64,000 bases of DNA. Source: a virus (lineage: Duplodnaviria > Caudoviricetes). Shown piece after piece: positions 54,322-64,000 of this stretch. The notes beneath the pieces are model-generated. The model was not told where the DNA came from. It saw only the letters and a program-made list of their open reading frames with translations, and did not search any database. Position 1 is the stretch's first letter. Each line of letters opens with the position of its first letter. Location of the stretch: positions 160,001 to 224,000 of the IMG/VR virus record IMGVR_UViG_3300037067_027616, one strand, 5' to 3'. Both the position numbers and the translations under genes were made by a program.

Positions 54322-54734
54322 TTTAACAGCGCTCCCTATTTGGAGTTAGGAACTTCTTGGCACGATGCGAACCGCGCCTCGGGGTTTTTCGTAAGGACCT
54401 TCGGCATGAATTCGATCTCCGGATTTTCCACTTGCTCTAATGACTTGAAAAAGAATGGCCTGAGCACGAACCCATCTACTTCTTTCTCAAACGCCGACAA
54501 TCCCTCTTTTAAAGCAGAGTCATCGTAGAAGACGTTTTTTAAGAAGAACTTAAACTCTTCCATTGTCTTATTCTTCTCAACAACGTCCATGCCCGATGTC
54601 GGATGTACCCAACATTGCACTAGATAAGTTCTTTCTCGTTGTCCTTCGCTGTTTTCAGACATATCGTTTCGGCCCTCGGTTGTTGTAGAGAACCTACCCT
54701 CCCATGGATAATATACTTTTCTGAACACGGTTTG

Positions 54735-56996
54735 TCACACCTTACTTGAGTGATAGTCTGTAATCACTTGATATATAACATCTTCCACATATTCACGATC
54801 TGGAGAGTGGGGCAATTTTGATGCCTTGTACAACTCTCCGAGTTGCTTGTCCATATCGTGTGCGTATTGCTCCACTTTGTCGTAAGACCATGCGCCATCG
54901 CGTATGGACTTCAGTTCTTCAGCATCAATGTTCGTACGGTCGACGTTCACTTTTCCTGCTTCAAGTATCTCCGCTCCCATGCGGCAAAGTCTGACAAGAT
55001 GCATAGCGTGCTTGCTGTTACCGTGGAAAGCGACATGTCCATTCCTGCGGGTGACCAACACACCATTTGGTACGGAAAAGCACACTATATTCTGGCCAAC
55101 CACCGGTATTTTTCTTACTGCACAGCGCCTCATAATCCTGTGATGTTTTTGGGAATTTTTGTCGATGTGCACATGGAACATTTTTGCCTTTGGGTAATGC
55201 TCATTGTCGCTGTCGTACGGGCCATACAAGGATGTTTCCCAACCACAAGTAACCGCCAATTCTTGCACATCATCGGCAAGACTTTTCACGGAAGTGTAGT
55301 AAATCACCGACTTTTTGGACGTGTTCCTAATGGTACCATCCCCGAGTACCATAGCGTCAAAAAGAATTTCTTTTTCGTGCTTTGATAGTCCAAAAACCCA
55401 CCGCGGTATCTTTTTTGTTGTTTTCTCGCCACAATCGGAAAGAAACCTTTGCGCCAACTCTTTCCCGTACACAATGAGAACTATTTCTTGGATCGAAGTA
55501 GAGCGAAATAGGTTGGGACCGCGTTCATAAGAATAGAGTCCTGTAGGGGCTTCCGTGCTACCGTGAAATCTGGACATGTGCCAATGAAGCCTACCACCGG
55601 ACTTCTGGCTGATGCGTACGTTTTTGGGATTGCTTTTACATTTTCCCAGGCACCCATCAGACAAGTACCACCCCATCAACGACAAGTATTGCCTGCGCGT
55701 GAGTTTTACATCGGGAAAATTGTTGATTGTACCATATGTTTTTGTTGCTGGGTCAATGGTGGCTAGAACCTCAAAACATTCTGGTAAACAAGAAATTTCC
55801 TCAAGTACAAAATCTGAAGAGATTCTATTTTTTCTTGACACAGGCTTGAACAGCATTCGGTGATTTGGTGTCACCCGCACATCTATGTGGTTACCGGTGA
55901 GCTGGTACATAGATCCGGTGAAAGTCCCTTCAAATCTATCTACAAAATGTTGATATTCTAATTGACCTCTACGACCGGATTCTTTATACCGACCCGGTTT
56001 ACCTGTAAGGCGTTTTGACTGGAAAAGGTACTTTTTATGAAGTATCCCCCTCACTGTGGCAAGTCGATCTTCGATTGACACGTCCCTATATTTCTTCCAA
56101 CCAGAATCTGTCAAAAACTCGGTGTCGTCCGCATAACAATCAAACCCGAACTTTTCCTCCAAAGCTGCCCGTTTCTTGTTTCTTGATTTTGACCAATTTT
56201 GGTACTGTTCCCACTCCGTCTTTTTGTTGAGATAAACGACCTCTTTGCTGGCCATGTCGTAGTACTCTTCTTTGAGGTACTTCGTACCTAAAGCTTGAAA
56301 AGCATGTGCTTGTGCGGAAATTCCCATCTGGAGCCACTCCAAGGACAACTTGCGTTGATCCGGGTCGAGGAACCGTGCAAACAAAGGAATAACCCAATCA
56401 CCGTAGATTTGGTCGAGTTCAACCAAAAAGTCATGTCGGAGATCCTCCGGGATAGCCTCAATGGCCGCGTAGCACACGGCTTTGAGTTGAGAAGTCGGAA
56501 ACAAGGACTGCTCTGGAAGGCCCATTTCCGTCCGTGTAGGGAAGGATTTTGGGGGGTCAAGCAAAAACTTCCTGTGAACTTTTATCCTGTTAAGTTGTGC
56601 GATAGCGTACCCCGAGAATGTGTATCGGCATTTCTTTGATAGAAATTTTTCACGGGATAACAAAATTCTCTCCCACCACGGGCTTGTTTTCTTTATGCAC
56701 CTATCCGGCGCCCACAGTAAATCGAGCATGTTTGGGTTGTTTTCAAGTAGCAATGACGTAGCTTTGTGGATAGCATAGATTTTTCTGTCCACGCCCCCAA
56801 AGTCAGAGAACTCCTCAACATTTTTGAAACCCAAAAAATACTCTGGCCCAGGGATCATCACACCTGTCCTATCCTCATCAGATTCGGGTGTATTTGTACC
56901 GTAGGCCTGCGAACCCGTAACGGTTTCAAATATGGTGTGATTCAACGCGTATTGCTGTTCCATGTTTTTCCCTCCAGAGGAAATATACCATTTCAC
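54735..56996 (-). CDS. Pol-beta-superfamily (YcgL/RlaP-like) nucleotidyltransferase containing an intein
   Basis: GSQAYGT....SDED..GV, NPN.LD.L, GFD|intein|SKHAMHLVRL. Confidence 0.85.
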   Translation of the reverse strand: MKWYISSGGKNMEQQYALNHTIFETVTGSQAYGTNTPESDEDRTGVMIPGPEYFLGFKNVEEFSDFGGVDRKIYAIHKATSLLLENNPNMLDLLWAPDRCIKKTSPWWERILLSREKFLSKKCRYTFSGYAIAQLNRIKVHRKFLLDPPKSFPTRTEMGLPEQSLFPTSQLKAVCYAAIEAIPEDLRHDFLVELDQIYGDWVIPLFARFLDPDQRKLSLEWLQMGISAQAHAFQALGTKYLKEEYYDMASKEVVYLNKKTEWEQYQNWSKSRNKKRAALEEKFGFDCYADDTEFLTDSGWKKYRDVSIEDRLATVRGILHKKYLFQSKRLTGKPGRYKESGRRGQLEYQHFVDRFEGTFTGSMYQLTGNHIDVRVTPNHRMLFKPVSRKNRISSDFVLEEISCLPECFEVLATIDPATKTYGTINNFPDVKLTRRQYLSLMGWYLSDGCLGKCKSNPKNVRISQKSGGRLHWHMSRFHGSTEAPTGLYSYERGPNLFRSTSIQEIVLIVYGKELAQRFLSDCGEKTTKKIPRWVFGLSKHEKEILFDAMVLGDGTIRNTSKKSVIYYTSVKSLADDVQELAVTCGWETSLYGPYDSDNEHYPKAKMFHVHIDKNSQKHHRIMRRCAVRKIPVVGQNIVCFSVPNGVLVTRRNGHVAFHGNSKHAMHLVRLCRMGAEILEAGKVNVDRTNIDAEELKSIRDGAWSYDKVEQYAHDMDKQLGELYKASKLPHSPDREYVEDVIYQVITDYHSSKV
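55017..56138 (-). mobile_element. Intein with LAGLIDADG homing endonuclease (374 aa, residues 287-660)
   Basis: CYADDTEFLT..GW, VTPNHRML, GWYLSDG, AMVLGDG, VTRRNG...HGN followed by Ser. Confidence 0.92.
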
Positions 56997-57255
56997 TCTG
57001 CAAAATTATCAATCAAAATTGCGTGATGATGTTCAAAGAAACAGGTTTAATCTAAACCCTCCGAGGCATTAGATTAGATAGGAACGAGTTGTGACTAATG
57101 GCCGATACTCAATTGATACGTGGATTCTGTTGTCCCAGAACATTTGGCTCAAAATAAAAGTTACCAAGGATGGCGGTCCCTATGAGTGAAAAACGTCCCA
57201 CCTTGCTCATAGAAAAATTTCAAAAGAGATTCGAAAATACGGGGGCCACCTGGAG

Positions 57256-57921
57256 ATGTTAATCAAAAGGTGGATACCGAGTCCGTTCATACACGAGAGG
57301 CCTGCGGGATGTCCTCTCGATATGATCGTCATTCACCACATAGGGTCAAAGAACGGAAAATTGTATACGATTTCGGGAACTATTGCTTGGTTCACTAATG
57401 AGTCATTGCATGTGAACAAAACAACGGGCGTGGTCGAGAACAGAGTAAGCGCCCATTACATCATACCAAGGTCGATCTACGAGAAGCAGACAGACATGAT
57501 CGCCTTAGTAAAACACGAGGAGGTGGCCTACCACGCCGGCGACTCAAGCTGGACAGTGAATGGTGTCACCAGATCCAACATCAACAACTATAGCATAGGC
57601 ATAGAACTCGAAGGCGATGGCAATGCCATTGAATACACGGACTTCCAATATGATCGCTTGACGAAACTTGTCAAAGAACTCATGCAGAAATACAATATAA
57701 CGGACGCAAACATTGTTGGCCACGAGGATATTGCTCCTGGCAGGAAGACCGACCCGGGGATATTCTTTGATTGGAAGAGGCTCCGTGTTTCCATCGCCCC
57801 TAAAATACAAATTGTCGTCCCGGATACGGATTCCGTTCCGGAAAGAAAATTCCACAGGACATCGGGCATGAATACTCAGCCCGATTTTTTATCAAAATTA
57901 CGAAAACTTTTTAACCGATAA
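57256..57921 (+). CDS. N-acetylmuramoyl-L-alanine amidase (AmpD/Amidase_2)
   Basis: IVIHH, VSAHY, AYHAG, SIGIELEG, GHEDIAPGRKTDPG. Confidence 0.92.
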   Translation: MLIKRWIPSPFIHERPAGCPLDMIVIHHIGSKNGKLYTISGTIAWFTNESLHVNKTTGVVENRVSAHYIIPRSIYEKQTDMIALVKHEEVAYHAGDSSWTVNGVTRSNINNYSIGIELEGDGNAIEYTDFQYDRLTKLVKELMQKYNITDANIVGHEDIAPGRKTDPGIFFDWKRLRVSIAPKIQIVVPDTDSVPERKFHRTSGMNTQPDFLSKLRKLFNR

Positions 57922-57987
57922 TTGCAAGAAGCAGCGCCGTGCGAGTTATCGCCCGGCGGCATGTTTCGTTTGTGCGGAGGAATTTCA

Positions 57988-59988
57988 ATGCAGACTCAAA
58001 AAGGATGGCTGATTAAGCAGACTTTCGACAATGACTTCGTACACATCATGGAATCCCTTTATGAAAAGTATGGTGAGGAAATTTTCAGTATCCAAGGAAT
58101 CGCGAATAAGCACATGGACATCGTCGCGTTTTCAAAACAATTTTTTGGCAAGTCCGGCAACGTCGCCGACATCAGTATCGATGGCAACGCCAACATAAAA
58201 GAGAAAAACATCTTGCAGTACAATTACGAGAGCGGCAAAGCGGTTATGAAGCTGAATTCTTTCTATCTGCTCTACAAGTGGGTGAACAAATGCTTTGGCG
58301 AGGAGGTTGCGGCACAAGCGCTTGAGAAGGTCGTGAACGGTGAACTGTTCGTGAACGACATGAATTCGTTTGTATCGCCATATTGTTTTGCCTTTGATTT
58401 GCGCAATCTGCTGGCGCAAGGCATGAATTTTTTCAAAGGCAACATGACCATCAAACCACCAAGAAGGTCGGAATCCTTCATTGCCCTCATTATTCAATCC
58501 ACGGCATATATTTCCAACCAGATTGCTGGGGCCGCCAGCTACCCGGACTTTTTTGTAGTTCTCGATTGGTTCTATCGTAAAGAACTTGGCCCCGAATATG
58601 CGAAGACGATTCGCAAAGGATTCGAAGATAAACTCTCTGGCAAAGACACACCGGAAGTAGCTTCGTGGGACAAAGTCAAAAACCAATTCCAGAATTTCAT
58701 TTACTCTATGAATTTTCCTTTCCGAGGATCCCAATCCGCTTTCACCAATCTGTCGGTGATGGACAACGGGTTTATGAACACGTTGTTCAAAGACTACAAG
58801 ATACCAACATCAGATGGTGGGTTTGAAGATCCGGATCTTCAGTCAGCCAAAGAACTCTCAAAATTGTTCTTTGAGTATTTCTCGCACATCAACTGCAGTG
58901 AAGGTATCTTCACCTTTCCGGTCATGACCATTGCCATATCAGTGGAGAAAGGTGGCAATCCCATTGACCCAAAGTTCTGTGAGTGGGCAGCCAAAGCAAA
59001 CAGCGAGAAGGGTCTTGCCAATATATTCCAGAGTGAACCCACAAGTTTTTCAAGTTGTTGTCGGTTGAAAAACGATTTGACTAAAGTCGCCGACACGGGC
59101 TATCAGAACTCGTTTGGGGTGGGCGGACTGTCCATTGGATCTCACCGCGTTGCCGGCCTCAACCTCCCCCGCATTGCACTTTTGGAGAAAAAAGATCCGG
59201 ACATCCTCTCGAAGGATCTCGAAATTCTGCATAAGGTCTTGTACGCTCACCGTCAACTCATCAAACACCTCATCGACCTTGGAAACATGCCCCTCTACAC
59301 GGCCGGGTGGATCCACCTCGCGCGTCAATACTCAACAATCGGTTTCATCGGGGCCCACGAGTACGTCGCCAATAAAGGGATGGACATCGCGAAACAAGAC
59401 GGTCTTAAGGTCATCAAGGACGTACTCGGGTTGATCGAAAATAAAATCGTAGGGTGGCAAGAAGCAGAAAAGGAAGAAAAAAATATTTATAACTTGGAGC
59501 AAATCCCCGGGGAGTCCATGTGCGTCAGGTTGTGCGAAATAGACACACTCTTGAAACACAACCCTAACAAATACATTATGTACTCCAATCAGTACATACC
59601 CTTGGTCCAAGATGCCTCTATCTATGACCGGATCCGCATACAGGGTAAAATTGATAGTCACACATCTGGCGGTGCAATTTTGCACATCAATGTCGATGAT
59701 AACACGACATTGTCGCCAAAACAATTTGGATCAATCATGCAGTTGGCCAGGGAACACGGTTGCACATATTTTGCCATCAACTACGCTTACAGTGAGTGTT
59801 CCGCCGGTCATTATTCCGTCGGTAAGCACGAGAAATGCCCTGCATGCCAAGCCGAAATCGTGTGTACCTACAGCAGGGTAGTAGGGTTTATTACGCCGAT
59901 AAGATCTTGGTCCAAAACAAGAAGAGAGTGGGAATTCCCTCTTAGGGTTTTCTACAGGAATGGCCGTCTTGAGGACGTGCACGCGTGA
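57988..59988 (+). CDS. nrdD: Anaerobic ribonucleoside-triphosphate reductase
   Basis: PYC, FTFPV, SSCCRL, PGES, SGG, C...H...CPAC, SRVVGF glycyl-radical motif. Confidence 0.92.
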   Translation: MQTQKGWLIKQTFDNDFVHIMESLYEKYGEEIFSIQGIANKHMDIVAFSKQFFGKSGNVADISIDGNANIKEKNILQYNYESGKAVMKLNSFYLLYKWVNKCFGEEVAAQALEKVVNGELFVNDMNSFVSPYCFAFDLRNLLAQGMNFFKGNMTIKPPRRSESFIALIIQSTAYISNQIAGAASYPDFFVVLDWFYRKELGPEYAKTIRKGFEDKLSGKDTPEVASWDKVKNQFQNFIYSMNFPFRGSQSAFTNLSVMDNGFMNTLFKDYKIPTSDGGFEDPDLQSAKELSKLFFEYFSHINCSEGIFTFPVMTIAISVEKGGNPIDPKFCEWAAKANSEKGLANIFQSEPTSFSSCCRLKNDLTKVADTGYQNSFGVGGLSIGSHRVAGLNLPRIALLEKKDPDILSKDLEILHKVLYAHRQLIKHLIDLGNMPLYTAGWIHLARQYSTIGFIGAHEYVANKGMDIAKQDGLKVIKDVLGLIENKIVGWQEAEKEEKNIYNLEQIPGESMCVRLCEIDTLLKHNPNKYIMYSNQYIPLVQDASIYDRIRIQGKIDSHTSGGAILHINVDDNTTLSPKQFGSIMQLAREHGCTYFAINYAYSECSAGHYSVGKHEKCPACQAEIVCTYSRVVGFITPIRSWSKTRREWEFPLRVFYRNGRLEDVHA

Positions 59989-60605
59989 GGATTGTAAGTT
60001 GCATCCAAAACTCCTTCCAGGAGTATGACGACCATATATCATTGGTCCTCTTTTGCTTCGGGTGCAACTTGAATTGTTGTGGGTGCTACAATCACGAAAC
60101 AATCATGAACCTCGATAACATACGGGGTACGGTGAAGGAATTCATCGATGACAAGCTTACCCCACTTGACGATGCCATCGTGTTCCTTGGCGGAGAACCA
60201 ACCGTATGGGCGGAAGACATCCCCGGGGATGTGTCCTACGCTAAAAGCAAAGGGAAGTTGGTAAAATTGTTCACCAACGGAACGAACCCGGCCGTGGTGC
60301 GCGAACTGAACAAACTCCACCTAGTAGACAGTTACAGCATCGACCTCAAAACAGTAACAGATGCTCCGAGGTTCCTCCGGGCTACAAAGCCGTTGAGCAC
60401 CGATGAATACCTAATGCTCGTAGACGAATCCATACAAAGCGTTTTGGAATCGGGGGCATCTCTTGAGATAAGGACTACGGCATGGAAGGAACTCGATGAC
60501 TTGGACAAAACGAAGGAGTATGTTTTAAAACGTTATGGTGGTGTAAAACACATAGTGCAGGACGATTTCCGGGACACGATAGAAAAGCTTAAGAACTTGA
60601 AATAG
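59985..60605 (+). CDS. nrdG: NrdD activating radical SAM enzyme
   Basis: GCNLNCCGCYN, GGEPT, TNG; abuts nrdD. Confidence 0.88.
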   Translation: MRIVSCIQNSFQEYDDHISLVLFCFGCNLNCCGCYNHETIMNLDNIRGTVKEFIDDKLTPLDDAIVFLGGEPTVWAEDIPGDVSYAKSKGKLVKLFTNGTNPAVVRELNKLHLVDSYSIDLKTVTDAPRFLRATKPLSTDEYLMLVDESIQSVLESGASLEIRTTAWKELDDLDKTKEYVLKRYGGVKHIVQDDFRDTIEKLKNLK

Positions 60606-61248
60606 ACTCTGAAACAAGTCCTGACGTAGTGAACTTCTTGCAGAAACTCTGGCGGTGAATTTCGCACAACCCAAGGCTACGGATCGCCTCAATATGTCGT
60701 GGCGATCCGTAGCCTTTGTGTTCCTCAAAGCCATATCCAGGGAATCTTATGGCTTCTCGCTCCATTATCAAATCCCGTTCGACCTTCGCCACAATGGACG
60801 CCGCCGCGATGCTGGCGCTTTTGGCATCGCCTTTAATTATTGAAATCTGTCTATCTTCTGGTATTTCTGGGATTTTAATGTTTCCATCGATGGCGATGAT
60901 GGTATCCCCTTCCTTGAGGATATCCTCAAAAGCTTCAAGACATACGTGCATGCCGAGCATCGTGGCCCCAAGTATGTTGAGCGATTCTATCTTATCGACA
61001 GGGATGATAGCCAGACTATGCCTGTGGTTTGCCTTGATTTCCTTGGCGATTCGGTGACGCTCTTTGCTAGGAACCTTCTTGGAGTCGTTAACGCCCTCTA
61101 CAGGGCATCCTAAATCGAGTACCACCGCACATATGACCACAGGCCCTGCCAGCGGTCCTCGGCCTACCTCATCGATTCCTATAAGCTTTTGGGCGCCGTA
61201 ACTGGATATGAGGTTGAGGTCATAACTATAGAGCCTATCTGATCGCAT
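60589..61248 (-). CDS. rnhB: Ribonuclease HII
   Basis: GIDEVGRGPLAGPV, DSKK, IDGN, KGD.KSASIAAASIVAKV.RD, HKGY. Confidence 0.95.
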   Translation of the reverse strand: MRSDRLYSYDLNLISSYGAQKLIGIDEVGRGPLAGPVVICAVVLDLGCPVEGVNDSKKVPSKERHRIAKEIKANHRHSLAIIPVDKIESLNILGATMLGMHVCLEAFEDILKEGDTIIAIDGNIKIPEIPEDRQISIIKGDAKSASIAAASIVAKVERDLIMEREAIRFPGYGFEEHKGYGSPRHIEAIRSLGLCEIHRQSFCKKFTTSGLVSESISSS

Positions 61249-62141
61249 GACCTTTTTTCCAATTCTTTCAACTTGTTGTATAAATCTGATGTTTCCGGTG
61301 TTAGGGGTGGAACATAATCGTTGAATCTTATTCTGATCGTCCTAAAGAAGTTTAAACGCACCCCGTCTTTCACGTAAACCTCTGTATCTCCTGGTTTTAT
61401 GACATAGGGTATCTTACGGTCGAATATCTCCAATATACCACTGTCGCCAGACACCCTTTGGGCGGGGGTAACGTTTACGTGGACCTTAAAATAGTCATCC
61501 TCTATGCCCACATACGGATCTTCATAGGTGTTTACCCTGACCATCAAATCCTCGTAAGTGCCATCAGTACGGGCATTTCCGAAGTTTTTAAGTAGCACGT
61601 GCTTTTTATAATAGACATGCAATGTCGCTCTGAATTTAGCTAAAACGTTCTCCATAACCCTTTTCTCACCTTTGCACGTCTTGCAAGGTATTCCGGTTAT
61701 CCCTGTGCCTTTACACACGGGACAGATGCTGTCCCTGTCAAGCAAAGAAAGAATTGAACTTTCAATTATTCCTTGTCCGTTGCAACATGTGCAAACCCCA
61801 GCTTTGCCTTCCTGGGCACCTGTTCCTGAACAGGATTGACATAATGAGTGCCTTCGCAATTTGACTGATTTCTCCTCCGCATAGTATACATCACGTACGG
61901 TAATAGTCATTTGACTATCAAGGTAACTGTGTGTACCAGGACCTTGTGGTGCGCGGAGTATTCCTGGATTCGTCCGTATGCTATTGTAGGCCTCTGTAAT
62001 AGCCCTGAAGAGGTCCTCGTTTCCGGGACTCTTGTCAGGGTGGTACTTGAGGCAGAGAATACGGTAGCGCTCGCGTACATCAACGAGCGTACACTCGGGA
62101 GGAAGACCGAGGACTTTCAACGGACTGTTTGTATCTGCCAT
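61179..62141 (-). CDS. dnaJ: DnaJ-like chaperone
   Basis: KYHPDK J domain; four CxxCxGxG repeats. Confidence 0.88.
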   Translation of the reverse strand: MADTNSPLKVLGLPPECTLVDVRERYRILCLKYHPDKSPGNEDLFRAITEAYNSIRTNPGILRAPQGPGTHSYLDSQMTITVRDVYYAEEKSVKLRRHSLCQSCSGTGAQEGKAGVCTCCNGQGIIESSILSLLDRDSICPVCKGTGITGIPCKTCKGEKRVMENVLAKFRATLHVYYKKHVLLKNFGNARTDGTYEDLMVRVNTYEDPYVGIEDDYFKVHVNVTPAQRVSGDSGILEIFDRKIPYVIKPGDTEVYVKDGVRLNFFRTIRIRFNDYVPPLTPETSDLYNKLKELEKRSCDQIGSIVMTSTSYPVTAPKSL

Positions 62142-62174
62142 TTGTTATATCAGGGTTGTGCCCTGTGTAAAACG

Positions 62175-62666
62175 TTAAACCCTAGGTGCAAGTGCTTGAG
62201 TAATTTCCCATCCTGATTCGCCAGCATAACTATCCGGGAACGGGGATTGCACGGTCTGTTGCGAAAGATTGGTGACCCCGCGTTCGAACACGTATGAGGT
62301 ATAAATCAACCCTGTGGAATCTACTCCGCTGATGGCGTTGAAGCGCACACGCAAATTGGTGTTGTAGAAGTCCATCCCTTCATCTTCTTTTGCCATCCAT
62401 TCGAACGTGTGTGCAGTGCCTGCTTCAGAAAAAGCCAAAGACGTCAGTTGTGTCGACCCGGAAGGGGTCATAGCCGTCCAAGTCGACCCGTTGTCCAAAG
62501 AGTACTCGTATGTATCGATTTCGACGTTAGACAACTCCGGATATCCGTATCCGACATAGTTGATGACGACCTTCTGTTTGTCCGCACTCAAAGCTGCTGT
62601 GCTGAAGATGAGAGCGAAGTCTGTGACTTCTATGAATCCATCGAGGTCTTTGTGATTAATGGCCAT
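62175..62666 (-). CDS. Hypothetical beta-rich protein (possibly virion)
   Basis: EYSLDNGSTW motif. Confidence 0.55.
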   Translation of the reverse strand: MAINHKDLDGFIEVTDFALIFSTAALSADKQKVVINYVGYGYPELSNVEIDTYEYSLDNGSTWTAMTPSGSTQLTSLAFSEAGTAHTFEWMAKEDEGMDFYNTNLRVRFNAISGVDSTGLIYTSYVFERGVTNLSQQTVQSPFPDSYAGESGWEITQALAPRV

Positions 62667-62681
62667 TTTCTTTCTCCGGTG

Positions 62682-63083
62682 TTAGTTATCTTCCAAATTT
62701 ATGCCGGCCTTTTGGAGCTGTCTTACGAGTTCCTCGGTCAGCCTTTCTTTCGTTTTTTCATCTTCGTCTTTGAAGATCTCCTTATGGAGTATCTTCGCAG
62801 CATCCTCATCGTTTGGCTTTGTTGTACCTTCCGTCGTCAGATTCTGTCGAAAGTACACCACGTATGCCAGCAACAAGCGCCTATCGTCATCGGATATGTC
62901 GTCAAAAGCTTTGCCTTTTTTCGCGTTTTTTACCTTCTTCGCGAGTTTCGGTCCTTCTTCTCGAAGTCTGCGGACATCTTGGTCGCTGAGGCCTGTACCA
63001 GCCGCCAGCAACCCGTAGGCCGCCTCTGTCAAATACCGTGCGATGACCTTTTTCACCATTGACTTAGACATATTCAAAAACAA
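62682..63083 (-). CDS. Hypothetical protein with 'KKVIARYL..AA' motif
   Basis: ORF in the co-directional run. Confidence 0.55.
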   Translation of the reverse strand: MFLNMSKSMVKKVIARYLTEAAYGLLAAGTGLSDQDVRRLREEGPKLAKKVKNAKKGKAFDDISDDDRRLLLAYVVYFRQNLTTEGTTKPNDEDAAKILHKEIFKDEDEKTKERLTEELVRQLQKAGINLEDN

Positions 63084-63501
63084 ACCTAAGGTTTATGATC
63101 GCCTCTCCCAAGTTCGTTTCAGCAGTGCCAACCTCGGCATCCATCCAGACGTACTCTGGGCTGTTATGATCGAGCGGGAGGCCGTAGTCACTTATCTCTG
63201 AATAGTTTGTGAAGTCAGAAACGCCGGCTGCGCGAACGAAAAAGTCGCTCAATTCATCATCCCCGGGTTCTATACCAAGTACGGACGTTGCAGACTTGAA
63301 CTTTCCGAATTTGGTGTGGTTGAGATCGGCATTGTCTTCGAGGAATAAAGCGAGTTTGCTCAAGACTTCCCCTACGGCCACGGGCTTCACAACGACCGCT
63401 TGCGAATTGTAGTGTCCGCGGGCGACGGTTCCAAAATCAACCAATGCAGCATCCGACTCGAGAAGAACCATTGTTTCCGGATTGTATGTTTCTATTCTCA
63501 T
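63064..63501 (-). CDS. Hypothetical protein, paralogue of 63520..63960
   Basis: Shared Y.P.T..LL, FG.V..G, L.L.L, YVW.D, IN.RF.FEY. Confidence 0.65.
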   Translation of the reverse strand: MRIETYNPETMVLLESDAALVDFGTVARGHYNSQAVVVKPVAVGEVLSKLALFLEDNADLNHTKFGKFKSATSVLGIEPGDDELSDFFVRAAGVSDFTNYSEISDYGLPLDHNSPEYVWMDAEVGTAETNLGEAIINLRFVFEYV

Positions 63502-63519
63502 GGCCTTCGTCCTTTTGGG

Positions 63520-63960
63520 TTAGGCGTACTCGAAAATGAACCGATAATTTATGGAGGACGTCGAGCCTGTTTCTGCGGCCCCGGATTGGACATCCAACCA
63601 CACGTAGTCCCCCCGGCCCTCCAAGTCAATACCTATAGGTACTCCCCCAGAATCTTGGGGAGGATCTGATACCTCTAAAAAATGATCGGTGATGGCAGGT
63701 GCTGCGCTGTCATCACTCGTATATGAATGCACCCCCGGAACGAATTCCGAATAGGTGTAGTATCCGTAACGAGATTGAGAAAAACCCCCATCGTTTTGAA
63801 GATACAAAGTCAGGGCGGTAAGTGTTTCAACATCGCAAATCGGCCGTATAAGCACAGGCATAGCCCCGTGCACACCCTGCCGGACATTCCCGAAGTTTAA
63901 GCCGGTGATATCTTCGGCAAGGAGGTTTCCCGTGTGCGGACTGTATGCTCTTATCTTCAT
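63520..63960 (-). CDS. Hypothetical protein, paralogue of 63064..63501
   Basis: Same shared motifs. Confidence 0.65.
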   Translation of the reverse strand: MKIRAYSPHTGNLLAEDITGLNFGNVRQGVHGAMPVLIRPICDVETLTALTLYLQNDGGFSQSRYGYYTYSEFVPGVHSYTSDDSAAPAITDHFLEVSDPPQDSGGVPIGIDLEGRGDYVWLDVQSGAAETGSTSSINYRFIFEYA

Positions 63961-64000
63961 CTTTTGCCTGTTCAGCTAGTTGTGGAACACTATCAACAAC

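Noticed and set aside
1-64000. Genome-wide TAG reassignment (code 15) suggested by the CUA tRNA
   Set aside because: Conserved genes are full length in code 11 and several end in TAG at the expected C-terminus (kamA, nrdG). Recoding outside this window cannot be excluded.

Overview
This looks like a segment of a large (jumbo/huge) bacteriophage genome in the standard genetic code; class III RNR and KamA suggest an anaerobic host. Most genes lie on the minus strand. It holds 47 intact tRNA genes (46 sense tRNAs covering all 20 amino acids, plus one amber CUA suppressor), a compact RNase P RNA, three circularly permuted tRNA-like (YrlA-like) RNAs, and many genes for translation, RNA repair and cofactor synthesis. 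These include a CCA-adding enzyme, Pnkp, two RNA ligases, an intein-containing RlaP-like NTase, an RF1-like factor, Pth2, bS21, bL12, PncB/NadD/NadE/NadR/PnuC-like proteins, a CoaD-CoaE fusion, NrdDG, RNase HII and DnaJ. Main observation: the 46 sense tRNAs fall into five blocks. Each block is headed by a sigma70-type promoter (TTGACA-17-TATATT), a short leader ORF, an antiterminator and an intrinsic terminator. The codons in each leader match the anticodons of the tRNAs in its own block (45 of 46 covered; 20 of 20 exact in the largest block). This points to a codon-matched attenuation system that senses loss of specific host tRNAs and switches on replacements. A parallel amber-sensing layer is also visible: an in-frame UAG in the RF1-like gene, and UAG-containing leaders that gate SD-sequestering hairpins. 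All calls were read by eye, with no database searches.
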